From Candidatus Sumerlaeia bacterium (lineage in GTDB: Bacteria; Sumerlaeota; Sumerlaeia; SLMS01; JANRJK01): a DNA stretch of 64,000 nucleotides. The translations under genes and the position numbers were made by a program. A model generated the notes under the pieces. It saw only the letters and a program-made list of their open reading frames with translations. It ran no database searches and was not told where the DNA came from. Where the stretch lies: the NCBI GenBank assembly GCA_033764015.1, contig JANRJK010000031.1, forward strand, positions 64,001 through 128,000. Reading direction: 5' to 3'. Below are positions 50,704-60,423 of this stretch, piece after piece (within the stretch, counting starts at the first letter, position 1; each line of letters begins with the position of its first letter).

Positions 50704-51498
50704 ATGGCTCGAACGAGTTCCCGAATCCTGTTCCTGATCAGTGCCGCCGCGTTGTCGGCAGCGGCTGCGCTAGGTCTGTGGTTGGCGACGGACCGGTCGG
50801 GCGATGCTCGATCGGCAGCGGTTCCGCACCCCCCCGCGCTGGCCGCCCCGGCGCCGGAGCCTATTTCGCCGCCCTCCACCGCCGCTGTCCAGCCGCCGCC
50901 CGCCGCGGCGACCGCGGCGGGCGCGCCCGTCGGGGCGCGCGCGATCGCGCCGGTCTCCGAAGCCGACGCCCGCTTCCTCGCGCAGCAGTACGGCCTGCCG
51001 CTCGTCGGTTCCGTCAACGAGCTCGGCGCGCTCCGCAAGTGCCCCGAGTGGCACGTCACACCGGTGGCGGTCTACGCCGGCTGCGACGCGGAGGTGGTCG
51101 AGGCGCTGAACGGCTACCGCGCGATGAAGGCCCCGGCGAAGGCGCTCGCGCTGTTCGAATTGGGCGCCAAGCCGGACCAGGGGCTCGAACCGCTCTTCGC
51201 GGAGGCGCTGCGGAGCGACCCCTCGCCGGAGGTGCGCGCCGCCGCCGCCGCCGCGCTGACCGCCGCGGAGGGCCACGGCGAAATCGACGCGCTCGTGGGG
51301 GCGTTGGCGGACGCGGACGCGCTGGTGCGCGAGGAGGCCCGCTCCTCCCTCAGCATGATCCGCAACGGCTACGCGCGGCGGCAGCTTCTCGACCTGCGCG
51401 CCGGCACCACGGACCCCGCCATCCTCGCCATCATCGACCAGATCCTGGAGCAGTCCTATGACGAGCCGCTTGGTTCGCTCGACGGCGCGGGCCTTTAG
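50704..51498 (+). CDS. Membrane-anchored/exported HEAT-repeat protein
   Basis: N-terminal hydrophobic segment, Pro/Ala linker, ALRSDPSPEVRAAAA and ALADADALVREEA. Confidence 0.75.
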   Translation: MARTSSRILFLISAAALSAAAALGLWLATDRSGDARSAAVPHPPALAAPAPEPISPPSTAAVQPPPAAATAAGAPVGARAIAPVSEADARFLAQQYGLPLVGSVNELGALRKCPEWHVTPVAVYAGCDAEVVEALNGYRAMKAPAKALALFELGAKPDQGLEPLFAEALRSDPSPEVRAAAAAALTAAEGHGEIDALVGALADADALVREEARSSLSMIRNGYARRQLLDLRAGTTDPAILAIIDQILEQSYDEPLGSLDGAGL

Positions 51499-52303
51499 CC
51501 TCGCGTTCGCGTTCGCGCTGGCGGCGGGCTGCGCGGACGGACAGCCCGCGCGGGGCCCCGCGCGCCACGCGGAGGAGCAGCCCATGCCCGGCGCCGAACG
51601 CAAGCCCGTGATCCACCTCGCGACGACGCCGTCGGTGCTGCTGGTCGAGCGCCGCCCCGCGCTCCCCGGCGCCGAGTACGCGGTGCGCACACTGTACCTC
51701 TCGGAGGACGGCACCGCGCAGTGGACCCGTGAAACCAGCGGCGACGTGGTGCTGGCCTACGGCGAGGGGGAAGGCAGGAGGGCCGCCTTCGACGAGGCGC
51801 TGGGATTCCCGCGCCTCGGGCCGGCGGGAATCTGCGGAACGGCGGGCACGCTGGAGGTACTGCGGAACCTTCCCGGAGAGGCGCCTTCGAGCGACGTGTG
51901 GCCCGGCGACGCGCAACGGGACAATCGGGTGGTGGGAATGCTGGACCGCCTCGCAGGAGCGGCGAAGGCGCCGCCCGCGGGCGCGCGCTGGCTCCGCGCG
52001 GTGGCGGTCCCGGAGGAGCAGACCGGCTGGATGGAAGAGGCCGGGATGGTGTGCGAGGCGCTCGACAAGGCGCTCGCCAAGGAACCCGCGCTGGCGGAGG
52101 CGCTCAACGCGCCGGGCCGCATGGCGCGGATCGACGGAAGCAACGGGGAGCCGCTCTCATCGCTCCCGGACGAATGCAGGGACGGAACCACGGCCACCGT
52201 GCGCCGCGGCGGCACCGTTTACCAGGTGCGGCTGCTGCGGGCGGAAGGCGCCACGCCGACTTTCGAAGGACCCCAGACCCAACCTAGGAAGGTTGAACCA
52301 TGA
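51458..52303 (+). CDS. Hypothetical lipoprotein
   Basis: Lipobox LAAGC; overlaps upstream gene by 41 nt and downstream gene by ATGA. Confidence 0.72.
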   Translation: MTSRLVRSTARAFSLAFAFALAAGCADGQPARGPARHAEEQPMPGAERKPVIHLATTPSVLLVERRPALPGAEYAVRTLYLSEDGTAQWTRETSGDVVLAYGEGEGRRAAFDEALGFPRLGPAGICGTAGTLEVLRNLPGEAPSSDVWPGDAQRDNRVVGMLDRLAGAAKAPPAGARWLRAVAVPEEQTGWMEEAGMVCEALDKALAKEPALAEALNAPGRMARIDGSNGEPLSSLPDECRDGTTATVRRGGTVYQVRLLRAEGATPTFEGPQTQPRKVEP

Positions 52304-55300
52304 AGCTGAGCAGCAGACACATCCTGGCGGCGGCCGCCGCGATGGCGCTCGCCGCCCCCGCGGCGCTCGCCGGCGGCCCGCCGCACTGGCTGTCGCGGTC
52401 GGAGCTCGTCTCCGACGGCATCACCCGCGACGGCGCGGTCCGCGTCTTCGACGTCACCATCTCCTACCACGGCGACCCGGACGGCGACAACGACACCACG
52501 ACGGTGGACGACCGGACGCCGATCGAGGAGGCGATCCAGCACTTCGCCCGCGGCGTGTGGGAATCGACGAACAAGCAGCACAAGCTCGGCAAGGTGCGCA
52601 TCTTCCGCAAGGGCCGCTTCTCCGCCCAGGCGGACGTGCTCTGGACCGAGAGCGGGCACCCGTCGGCCTCCGTCGGCGGCATCCAGTCCGCCGGCCAGAC
52701 CATCAACATGTTCGACGTCTTCAAGGACGGCAACGGACCGGGCTCCGACTACAACTTCCTCGACGCCGCGAACCGCAAGGGCGGCGGCTACACGCTGGCG
52801 CACGAGTGGGGGCACTACGCCTACGCGCTCCTCGACGAGTACCGCGGCGGCGATCCGGCCTCGAACGCGATCCTCTACTTCCCGCACACCACCGACAACC
52901 CGTCCAACATCGGCATCATGAACAGCCAGTGGAACGCCCTCGGCGGCGACTTCAGCTGGATCAACTTCTCGACCTCGACGCGCCCCGGCTTCACGCGGCA
53001 GAACGCCCAGTACCGCGTGTACAACGCGGCCGCCTGGCAGACGCTCGCCCGCGAACGCAACCGCGACCCGCGCCGCGGCAACGCATTCCCCTTCACCCGC
53101 CCGGTCTACTCGGAGCTCACCAAGGTCGCACCGAACGCCGAGAACCCCACGCCTCCCATCGACCTCGCCAGCGACGGCGACAACACCGGCCTCGACGAGC
53201 TCGAGATCATCTGGATGGGCGAGGACCTGGTGACGGTGATCGTGATCGACCGCTCAGGCTCGATGTCCGGCGACGCGATCGTCAACGCGCGCAACGCGGC
53301 CAGCCTTCTGGTGGACCTCGCCGAGGTGGACAAGAGCGCCATCGGCGTCGTCTCCTTCTCGAGCAGCGCCACCGTGAACCAGGCGATCACGCCGATCGAC
53401 GGCGAAGCCACCAAGACGCAGATCAAGAGCGTGATCCAGTCGCTCAACGCCAGCGGCGGCACCTCCATCGGCGCCGGCGCCACCGCCGCGCTGAACATCA
53501 TCGTGCCCTTCGGCGCGGGCGACGAGAACAAGGTCGTCTTCCTCCTGTCCGACGGCCAGAGCAGCGACGCCCTGACGCCGATCCCGGCGTACCAGGCCGC
53601 CCGCATCCCGATCTTCGCCTTCGCTTACGGCACCGGCGCCGACCAGGCCGCGCTCCGAACGCTCGCGACGCAGACCGGCGGCCAGTTCTTCGTTTCGCCC
53701 ACGTCGCTCGCGGAGCTCTCGCAGGTCTTCGTCGCCGCCAACACGACGACCAACTCCCGCAGCTCGCTTGTCTCGTCCAGCTTCCCGCTGACGGCGGCGG
53801 TGACCACGGAGGTGCCTCTGCCCCTCGATTCCACGCTGCGCGCGCTCGACCTGTCGGTCGCGTTCAGCGGCGCGCCCGCGGATGTGCAGGTGGGCCTCAT
53901 CGCGCCCGACAGCACGTCGGTCGCCCCGGTCTCGACCTCCCAGTCCGCCGGTGAGACGCTGGTCCGCTTCGCGGTCGATCCGGTGCAGACCGGCCAGTAC
54001 CGAGTGTCGCTCACGCCCTCGACCGACAAGCTGGTGACCGTCGACGCCAGCGCGATCCCGCAGGACGGCGTGCCGATCGCGCTCACGGTGGGCGCGGACG
54101 GCGGGCAGGAGCTCTCCTACCCGAAGCCGATGGTGCTCCGGGCCACGCTCCAGAGGGCGCTCCCGATCGCGGGCGCCACAGTGACCGCCGAAGTGCAGCG
54201 CCCCTCCGGCACCATCGAGACGCTCGCGCTCGCCGACAACGGCGTGTTCCCCGACGACCTCGCGAACGACGGCTACTACGCCGCGCTTTACGACTACTCC
54301 GAGGGCGGCGTCCACACGGTCCGCACCTCCTTCGACAACGAACTCGGCGCCGCCCGCGAAACCTACGGCGGACGCCAGCCCTCGCCCGACATCACCGGTG
54401 TCGAGCCGATCCAGCTTCCCGACGCGCCGATCACGGAGGACTTCCTCCGCAGCGCGTCCTCGCAGATCACCGTCCTCGGGTTCGTCTCCGACGACCACGG
54501 CGACACGACCGACACGGCGACCTCGCTGAAGCCCGACAACAGCGACGAGCCCGGCCGCAACGACTTCGCCGGCGACGTCGACATGTTCCGCTTCACCGCG
54601 AGCGACCCGACCGCGTCCTACGTCTTCCGCGTGAGCGAATTCGCCAAGGGCTTCACCCCGTTCGTCCGCGTGTTCGACCAGGACGGCGCGACGGTCCTCG
54701 TCGAGGCCGGGCTGGACGACGGCGTGGCCGACCGCGGCTACTTCCTCGCGAACCTCGGCAACCTCGCCGAGGGCACCTACTTCGCCCAGGTGCGCCACGA
54801 GGACGACAAGGAGGAGTCGGGCTACTACAACGTCAGCTTCGGCCCTGCGCTCGACAGCGACGCGGGAGGCACCGGCGCCGCCGGCACGCGCCTGCGCGTG
54901 AACAACTGGGAGATGCGGCTACGCCGCGAGTTCCCGACCGGCGAGGACGTGTTCCGCATGTCCGGCGAGCTGAACGCGGACGGCCTCGCGCCGAACGTGG
55001 ACGGCATGGCCTTCAGCAGCACCGCCGGCCTCACGACGATCATGGAGCAGTACCCCGCGGGCGCCTTCACGCAGGGACGCGGCGGGCGCTGGTACGTGCG
55101 CCAGCCGGACCGCATCGGCGACTTCCTCGTGAACCGCGGCGGCAGCTCGCGCTCGCTGTTCTCCGTCGCCGCCGTCAATGACTACATCCCGCTGCGCGGG
55201 CAGTCGGCCGTCCAGGCCGGCGCCTCCGCCACGGGCGTCACCGACGTGGTCGACCTCGCCGCGCAGCAGCTCGGCGACCTCGGCTCCTACTTCACCTACC

Positions 55301-55725
55301 CCATCCAGACCTTCCGCACGCCGGAGCTGTTCGTCGACTCGCTCGTGGTCTCCGACTCGGCGGCCGCTTCGCGCGACCAGCTCCGCACGGTGTGCCGCTT
55401 CCCGGGCACCGCGCGCTTCAACCCGGCGTCGGAGGACTTCACGGTCGACGTCGCAGGCGTGCAGTTCACCGCGCCCGCCGGCTCCATGACGCCGAACCGC
55501 AACTTCACCGTCTGGAGCTTCCTGGCCGACGCGCCGGGAGGCGGACGCTTCCTGCTGCAGGTCGCGCCGGACTCGCGGGCGCTCTCGCTCCGCGCGGTCG
55601 GCACCGACTTCCCCGGCTTCACGTCGGAGCAGCGGCTCACGGTGCGCTACGGCACCTTCGCCCGCACGAACCGCCTGACGATGCAGACCACCAGCGGCGC
55701 CGCCGGCACGCTGTTCGTCTACTAA
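52300..55725 (+). CDS. Secreted CLCA-like zinc metalloprotease with VWA and beta-sandwich domains
   Basis: Signal peptide; LAHEWGHYAYALLDEY (52801); VWA MIDAS VIDRSGSM, GGT, LLSDG; LADNGVFPDDLANDGYY; PPC-like DDHGD..GDVDMFRF. Confidence 0.85.
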   Translation: MKLSSRHILAAAAAMALAAPAALAGGPPHWLSRSELVSDGITRDGAVRVFDVTISYHGDPDGDNDTTTVDDRTPIEEAIQHFARGVWESTNKQHKLGKVRIFRKGRFSAQADVLWTESGHPSASVGGIQSAGQTINMFDVFKDGNGPGSDYNFLDAANRKGGGYTLAHEWGHYAYALLDEYRGGDPASNAILYFPHTTDNPSNIGIMNSQWNALGGDFSWINFSTSTRPGFTRQNAQYRVYNAAAWQTLARERNRDPRRGNAFPFTRPVYSELTKVAPNAENPTPPIDLASDGDNTGLDELEIIWMGEDLVTVIVIDRSGSMSGDAIVNARNAASLLVDLAEVDKSAIGVVSFSSSATVNQAITPIDGEATKTQIKSVIQSLNASGGTSIGAGATAALNIIVPFGAGDENKVVFLLSDGQSSDALTPIPAYQAARIPIFAFAYGTGADQAALRTLATQTGGQFFVSPTSLAELSQVFVAANTTTNSRSSLVSSSFPLTAAVTTEVPLPLDSTLRALDLSVAFSGAPADVQVGLIAPDSTSVAPVSTSQSAGETLVRFAVDPVQTGQYRVSLTPSTDKLVTVDASAIPQDGVPIALTVGADGGQELSYPKPMVLRATLQRALPIAGATVTAEVQRPSGTIETLALADNGVFPDDLANDGYYAALYDYSEGGVHTVRTSFDNELGAARETYGGRQPSPDITGVEPIQLPDAPITEDFLRSASSQITVLGFVSDDHGDTTDTATSLKPDNSDEPGRNDFAGDVDMFRFTASDPTASYVFRVSEFAKGFTPFVRVFDQDGATVLVEAGLDDGVADRGYFLANLGNLAEGTYFAQVRHEDDKEESGYYNVSFGPALDSDAGGTGAAGTRLRVNNWEMRLRREFPTGEDVFRMSGELNADGLAPNVDGMAFSSTAGLTTIMEQYPAGAFTQGRGGRWYVRQPDRIGDFLVNRGGSSRSLFSVAAVNDYIPLRGQSAVQAGASATGVTDVVDLAAQQLGDLGSYFTYPIQTFRTPELFVDSLVVSDSAAASRDQLRTVCRFPGTARFNPASEDFTVDVAGVQFTAPAGSMTPNRNFTVWSFLADAPGGGRFLLQVAPDSRALSLRAVGTDFPGFTSEQRLTVRYGTFARTNRLTMQTTSGAAGTLFVY

Positions 55726-55767
55726 CCGCGCCGGCGTCCCCGACCGGACGCCCCCCGCAACCCACCG

Positions 55768-55801
55768 CCCCGCCCCGGCCCAGCGCCGGGGCGGGGTTTT
55801 T
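55768..55801 (+). terminator. Intrinsic terminator
   Basis: CCCCGCCCCGGC-CCAGC-GCCGGGGCGGGG-TTTTT. Confidence 0.85.
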
Positions 55802-55882
55802 CGTGGCCCGTGGAGAATACCCGCGCGCACCGTGCGGTAGTGATCCCGCCGGGCGCGCGCCGCCCCCGCAGGAGGCGAACCC

Positions 55883-57793
55883 TTGGCCCAGCGCAGCACC
55901 GCCGACTTCTTCGCGAACCAGGCCCGCGCCAAGACGCGCACGGGGCTGCTGGTGCTGTTGTTCGCCGCGGGCGTCGCGGGTACCGCCGCCGCCGTGTGGT
56001 TCGCGCTTTCCTTCGCCATCGGCCCCTGGGCGCGCACGCCGCAGGGCGCGCTGTGGATCGCGGGGGGCACGGTGGCGTTCATCGGCGCGGCCAGCCTGGT
56101 CCGCATGCTGATGCTCGCCGGGGGTGGCGACGCGGTGGCGCGCTCGCTCGGCGGACGCCTGGTAGTCGAGCCGAAGGACTTCCAGGAGCGCCAGCTCCTC
56201 AACATCGTCGAGGAGATGTCGCTCGCGAGCGGCGTCCCCGTGCCGAAGGTGTACGTGCTCGAGGACGAGGCGGGCATCAACGCGTTCGCCGCCGGGTGGA
56301 AGCCCTCGACCGCCGTGGTCGGCGTCACGCGCGGCGCGCTCGACCGCTTCACGCGCGACGAGATGCAGGGCGTCGTGGCGCACGAGTTCAGCCACATCCT
56401 GAACGGCGACATGCGCCTGAACATCCGCCTGATGGGGTTCGTGTTCGGGCTGCTCTGCGTGGCGCAGGCGGGCCGGTACATTCTCGAGGGCGGCGCGCGC
56501 GGCTCGGTGCACTCGCGGCGGTCGAAGGACGGCGACGGCGCGGCGAAGGTCGCCATGCTCGGGTTCGCGCTCATCATCATCGGATTCATCGGCACTGGTA
56601 TCGCGCGCCTGATCAAGGCGGCGGTCTCGCGCGAGCGCGAATACCTCGCCGACGCCTCGGCGGTGCAGTTCACCCGCAACCCGGCGGGGCTCTCCGGCGC
56701 GCTCCGGCGCATCGGCGGGCTGCACCGCGGCTCCCGCGTGGGCAACCCCGCCGCGGAGGAGGCCAGCCACATGTTCTTCGCCTCCGCGCTCGATGCGCTC
56801 TTCGCCACGCATCCGCCGCTCGACAAGCGCATCAAGGCGATCGACCCGATGTTCGATGGCAAGTTCGAGCCGCAGCCGCCGGGTCGGGAGGCGGCTCGCG
56901 AAGCAACGCTCGCGGACATGTCCGAAGTGGCCGCCTCGGGGCTTTCCACCCCCCTTCGCGTCGGCGCGCGCGCGGTCCTCTCGGCGCCGGGGCGCATCGA
57001 TCCCCGGCCCGCCGCCGGGCTGCTCGCAGCGATCCCGGAAGAGCTGCGCATCGCCGCGAAGACCCCGATCTCCCTCTCCGCCCTAATCTGCTTCCTGCTC
57101 CTGTCAAGGAACGGCGAGGTCGCCGACCGGCAGCGCTCCGTCGTGTTGGCGCGTCTTGGCGCGCCGCCCGCCCGGCAGGCGTTCGCCTGGCACGCTCAAT
57201 ACCCGGAACTCCCGGAGCGCGCCCGGCTGGTGCTGCTGGACCTCGCCTCGCCCACGCTGCGGCTGCTCGCCGGCCCCCAGGGCCAGCCGCTGCTCGCAAC
57301 GGCGCGGGCGATCGCCGACGCGGACGGATCCGTCTCGATCTTCGAGCACCTCCTGCTCGTGCTGCTCCGGCGGCGGCTCGAGCCGGAGCGCCCCCGCGGG
57401 GCGCCGCGCTGGACCGTCGCGTCCAGCCTCGCGCCGCACATCTCGGCGGTGCTGTCCGCAGTGGCGCACCGCTCGACCGCGTCGGACCAGGGACGCCGGG
57501 CGGCGTTCGTGATGGCCGTCCGCCGGGAGTTCGCCGACTTCCAGCTCGTCTTCGAGCCCCCCGGCCACGCGACGTACCGCCGTTTGGTGGCGGCGCTCGA
57601 CACGCTGTCGGAGTCATCGCTCGAAGTGCGGGCTTCGGTGCTGGCGGCGGCGGTCGCCTGCATCGAGCACGACCGCCACCTCGAGAGCGCGGAGTTCACC
57701 ATGGTGCGCCTCGTGGCGGAAGCGCTCGAGGTGCCGATGCCCGCGACGCTGGACCCGTCGCTGGTGGCGCCGGCGGCGGAGGCTCCCGCCTAA
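55883..57793 (+). CDS. M48 (HtpX-like) membrane metallopeptidase with C-terminal helical extension
   Basis: NIVEEMSLASG, INAFAAG, QGVVAHEFSHILNGD, SREREYLADA, FATHPPL; GGAGG SD before TTG. Confidence 0.92.
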   Translation: MAQRSTADFFANQARAKTRTGLLVLLFAAGVAGTAAAVWFALSFAIGPWARTPQGALWIAGGTVAFIGAASLVRMLMLAGGGDAVARSLGGRLVVEPKDFQERQLLNIVEEMSLASGVPVPKVYVLEDEAGINAFAAGWKPSTAVVGVTRGALDRFTRDEMQGVVAHEFSHILNGDMRLNIRLMGFVFGLLCVAQAGRYILEGGARGSVHSRRSKDGDGAAKVAMLGFALIIIGFIGTGIARLIKAAVSREREYLADASAVQFTRNPAGLSGALRRIGGLHRGSRVGNPAAEEASHMFFASALDALFATHPPLDKRIKAIDPMFDGKFEPQPPGREAAREATLADMSEVAASGLSTPLRVGARAVLSAPGRIDPRPAAGLLAAIPEELRIAAKTPISLSALICFLLLSRNGEVADRQRSVVLARLGAPPARQAFAWHAQYPELPERARLVLLDLASPTLRLLAGPQGQPLLATARAIADADGSVSIFEHLLLVLLRRRLEPERPRGAPRWTVASSLAPHISAVLSAVAHRSTASDQGRRAAFVMAVRREFADFQLVFEPPGHATYRRLVAALDTLSESSLEVRASVLAAAVACIEHDRHLESAEFTMVRLVAEALEVPMPATLDPSLVAPAAEAPA

Positions 57794-57921
57794 GGCGCCA
57801 AACCCGCCCGCCCCGTCCCCTGTCCCAATCCGCGGAGGCGGGCACGCCCGGCGGCGCTTGCGCCGGGACGCCCCCTCCGGCACCACTCGACCAACGCCAC
57901 GCCCCAATGGAGCGACGCCCC

Positions 57922-58518
57922 ATGAACCGATCCGCCATCCGACTCGGCGCCACGCTGGCCATCGCCGCCACCGTCGCGCTCGGCGCCTCCTGCGCCCGCG
58001 TGAAGCGCGTCGATCCCGAGACCGAGCCGATTCCCGGCGTCATGGGCATCGACAGCAAGGACGTGATCCTCATCACGGACAAGATGACGCGCGACATGGT
58101 TTCCCGCGTGACGCGCTTCCAGAACCCGACCGGGCGCCCGCCCGCCATCGCGTTCTTCGAGATCCAGAACAACACCAACCAGCCGATGAGCACGGACCTC
58201 TTCCTGCGCCGCGTGCGCTCGCAGATGTTCGCCTCCAGCGACGGCGCCTTCCGCTTCATCGACGAGGCCGCCCAGGCGCGCATCGACCAGATCCGCGCCG
58301 ACAAGCGCGCCGGCACCATCTCCGCCTCCGAGCTGAAGCAGCTCACCGGCGCCGACTTCCTGCTCACCGGCGCCCTCGACGCCCTCTCGCAGTCGGAAGG
58401 CCGCCGCGCGTCGAACTATGTCCTCATGACCATGCGCCTCACCGACACGGAAACCGGCGAGGTGGCCTGGGAATCCGCGGAGGAGTTCCGCCGCGACCGG
58501 CGCATCTCGCTCTTCTAA
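57922..58518 (+). CDS. LpoB/CsgG-like lipoprotein
   Basis: Lipobox LGASC; IQNNT, GADFLLTG, MRLTDTETGEVAW. Confidence 0.78.
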   Translation: MNRSAIRLGATLAIAATVALGASCARVKRVDPETEPIPGVMGIDSKDVILITDKMTRDMVSRVTRFQNPTGRPPAIAFFEIQNNTNQPMSTDLFLRRVRSQMFASSDGAFRFIDEAAQARIDQIRADKRAGTISASELKQLTGADFLLTGALDALSQSEGRRASNYVLMTMRLTDTETGEVAWESAEEFRRDRRISLF

Positions 58519-58525
58519 GGCAACC

Positions 58526-58561
58526 CGCCGCCCCGCGATCCCGCGGGGCGGCGCTTTTTTT
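58526..58561 (+). terminator. Intrinsic terminator
   Basis: CGCCGCCCCGCG-ATCC-CGCGGGGCGGCG-C-TTTTTTT. Confidence 0.88.
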
Positions 58562-58659
58562 CGACGCATCTCTCCAACCCCCGGGGACCTCCGGACACTA
58601 TTGTCCGGGAGCGCCCAAACCGGCCCGGCTCCCCATCCCCCCGCCACCGGAGCACCCCC

Positions 58660-59445
58660 ATGGGATTCATCCGCAGCGCCATCGCCCTTCTGGTCCTCCT
58701 CGGCGCCGTCGGCTTCGGCGCCCTCTTCGCCACTAACTCCTTCGCGCAAGGTTCCGTCAACAAGCACACCCGCGTGGATGCGGGCGGCGCCCTCGACAGC
58801 AACGCCAGCTCCGTGAACGGCGGCCTCACGGTCGGCGACAACGGCACGGCGAAGGACTTCTCGACCGTCAACGGCTCGATCCGCCTCGGCAACGGCGCCA
58901 CCGCCGGGAACCTCGATACGGTCAACGGCTCGATCGAAGCGGGCGACGGCGCGGCCGTCACCGGCATCGAAACCGTCAACGGAGCGATCACCTTCGGCAA
59001 GGATGCGAAGGTCGGCGGCTCCATCGAAGCGGTGAACGGCGCGGTGTCGCTCGGCACCGGCGCGCAGGTCTCCGGGTCGGTCTCGACCGTCAACGGCGCG
59101 GTCAAGGTCAAGGGCGGCTCCACGGTCGCGGCAGCGCTTAAGTCCGTGAACGGCGCGATCACCGTCGAAGGGCCGGGCACAACCGTCGGCTCCGTCGAGA
59201 ATAGCGCGGGCGACGTGACGATCGAGGGCGCGACGGTGCTCGGAGACGTGACGCTCGAGAAGTCGAAGCGCGGCGGCGGCTTGTTCGGCTCGAAGAAGCC
59301 GCGCCGCGACACGGTCGTCCTCGGCCCCGGCACCGTCATCAAGGGCAACCTCGTCGTGCGCCGCCCCGTGAAGCTGGAGCAGGCCGAGGGCGCCGTGGTC
59401 GAAGGCGAGATCATCGGCCTCGAGCGCGAGCCCGCCGCCGAGTAG
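58660..59445 (+). CDS. Exported beta-solenoid repeat protein (DUF4097/adhesin-like)
   Basis: Signal peptide; seven (S/T/A)VNG repeats with roughly 17-19 aa period. Confidence 0.78.
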   Translation: MGFIRSAIALLVLLGAVGFGALFATNSFAQGSVNKHTRVDAGGALDSNASSVNGGLTVGDNGTAKDFSTVNGSIRLGNGATAGNLDTVNGSIEAGDGAAVTGIETVNGAITFGKDAKVGGSIEAVNGAVSLGTGAQVSGSVSTVNGAVKVKGGSTVAAALKSVNGAITVEGPGTTVGSVENSAGDVTIEGATVLGDVTLEKSKRGGGLFGSKKPRRDTVVLGPGTVIKGNLVVRRPVKLEQAEGAVVEGEIIGLEREPAAE

Positions 59446-59478
59446 GACCGCTCCGGGAGGCGGCGCGGGGCTTTCTCC

Positions 59479-60408
59479 TTGCCGCCGCCTCCGGAACAGC
59501 GTTCCACCACTGCGGACGTGGACACGCCCGCCCCCTCCTCCGACTCGACCGACGCCGCGCCGCACGAACCGCTCTGGCTGATCGTGTGGAAGCGCCTGCG
59601 CCGCTCGCCGCTTTCGCTGCTCGGCCTCGCCATCTGCGTCGCCATGGCGGTCGTCGCGTTGGCCGGACCGGCGCTCGCGCCGCACCCCCCCAACGAACAG
59701 GTGGGCACCCGCGAGGCGAGCCTCGCGCCCCCGTCGCAGGGCTACTGGTGCGGGCAGGACGACCTCGGCCGCTGCATCTTCTCGCGGCTCCTGCACGGCG
59801 CGCGGCTCACGCTCGGCGCGGGGGTCTCGACGGTGCTCTTCGGGATGTTGATCGGCGTGCCGCTTGGCCTCGCGAGCGGCTACTTCCGCGGCTGGGTCGA
59901 CTCCGTCGTCATGCGGGCCACCGACATCCTGCTGGCGTTCCCCGACATCCTGCTGGCGCTGGCGGTGATGGCGGCGCTGGGGCACAACCTGCGGAACGCC
60001 ATGATCGCGGTGGCGATCGTCTTCATCCCCAAATTCGCCCGCGTCGCGCGCGCCGCCGCGCTGCAGGAGTCGGGCAAGGACTACATCCTCGCGGCCCGCG
60101 GCCTCGGCGCCGGGCACGGGGCGATCCTCCTGCGCCATGTGCTGCCCAACTGCCTGCCTCCGCTCCTCGTGATCTCGACGCTCAGCCTCGGCACGGCGAT
60201 CCTCTACACCAGCGCGCTCAGCTTCCTCGGCCTCGGCGCCCAGCCCCCCGCGCCGGAGTGGGGCGCCATGCTCGCCGAGGGCCGCGACGTGTTCACCTTC
60301 GCGCCGCACCTCGTGCTGTTCCCGGGCCTCGCCATCGCCATCAGCGTCTTCGGCGTCAACCTGCTGGGCGACGGACTGCGCGACGCCCTTGACGTCCGCA
60401 TCAAGTAA
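59479..60408 (+). CDS. Peptide/nickel ABC transporter permease (OppC/DppC type); start uncertain
   Basis: GQDDLGRCIFSRLLHGAR, DYILAARGLGA, RHVLPN, LSFLGLG, PEWG, NLLGDGLRDALD. Confidence 0.93.
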   Translation: MPPPPEQRSTTADVDTPAPSSDSTDAAPHEPLWLIVWKRLRRSPLSLLGLAICVAMAVVALAGPALAPHPPNEQVGTREASLAPPSQGYWCGQDDLGRCIFSRLLHGARLTLGAGVSTVLFGMLIGVPLGLASGYFRGWVDSVVMRATDILLAFPDILLALAVMAALGHNLRNAMIAVAIVFIPKFARVARAAALQESGKDYILAARGLGAGHGAILLRHVLPNCLPPLLVISTLSLGTAILYTSALSFLGLGAQPPAPEWGAMLAEGRDVFTFAPHLVLFPGLAIAISVFGVNLLGDGLRDALDVRIK

Positions 60409-60423
60409 GGGAGGAGTGGTCCC

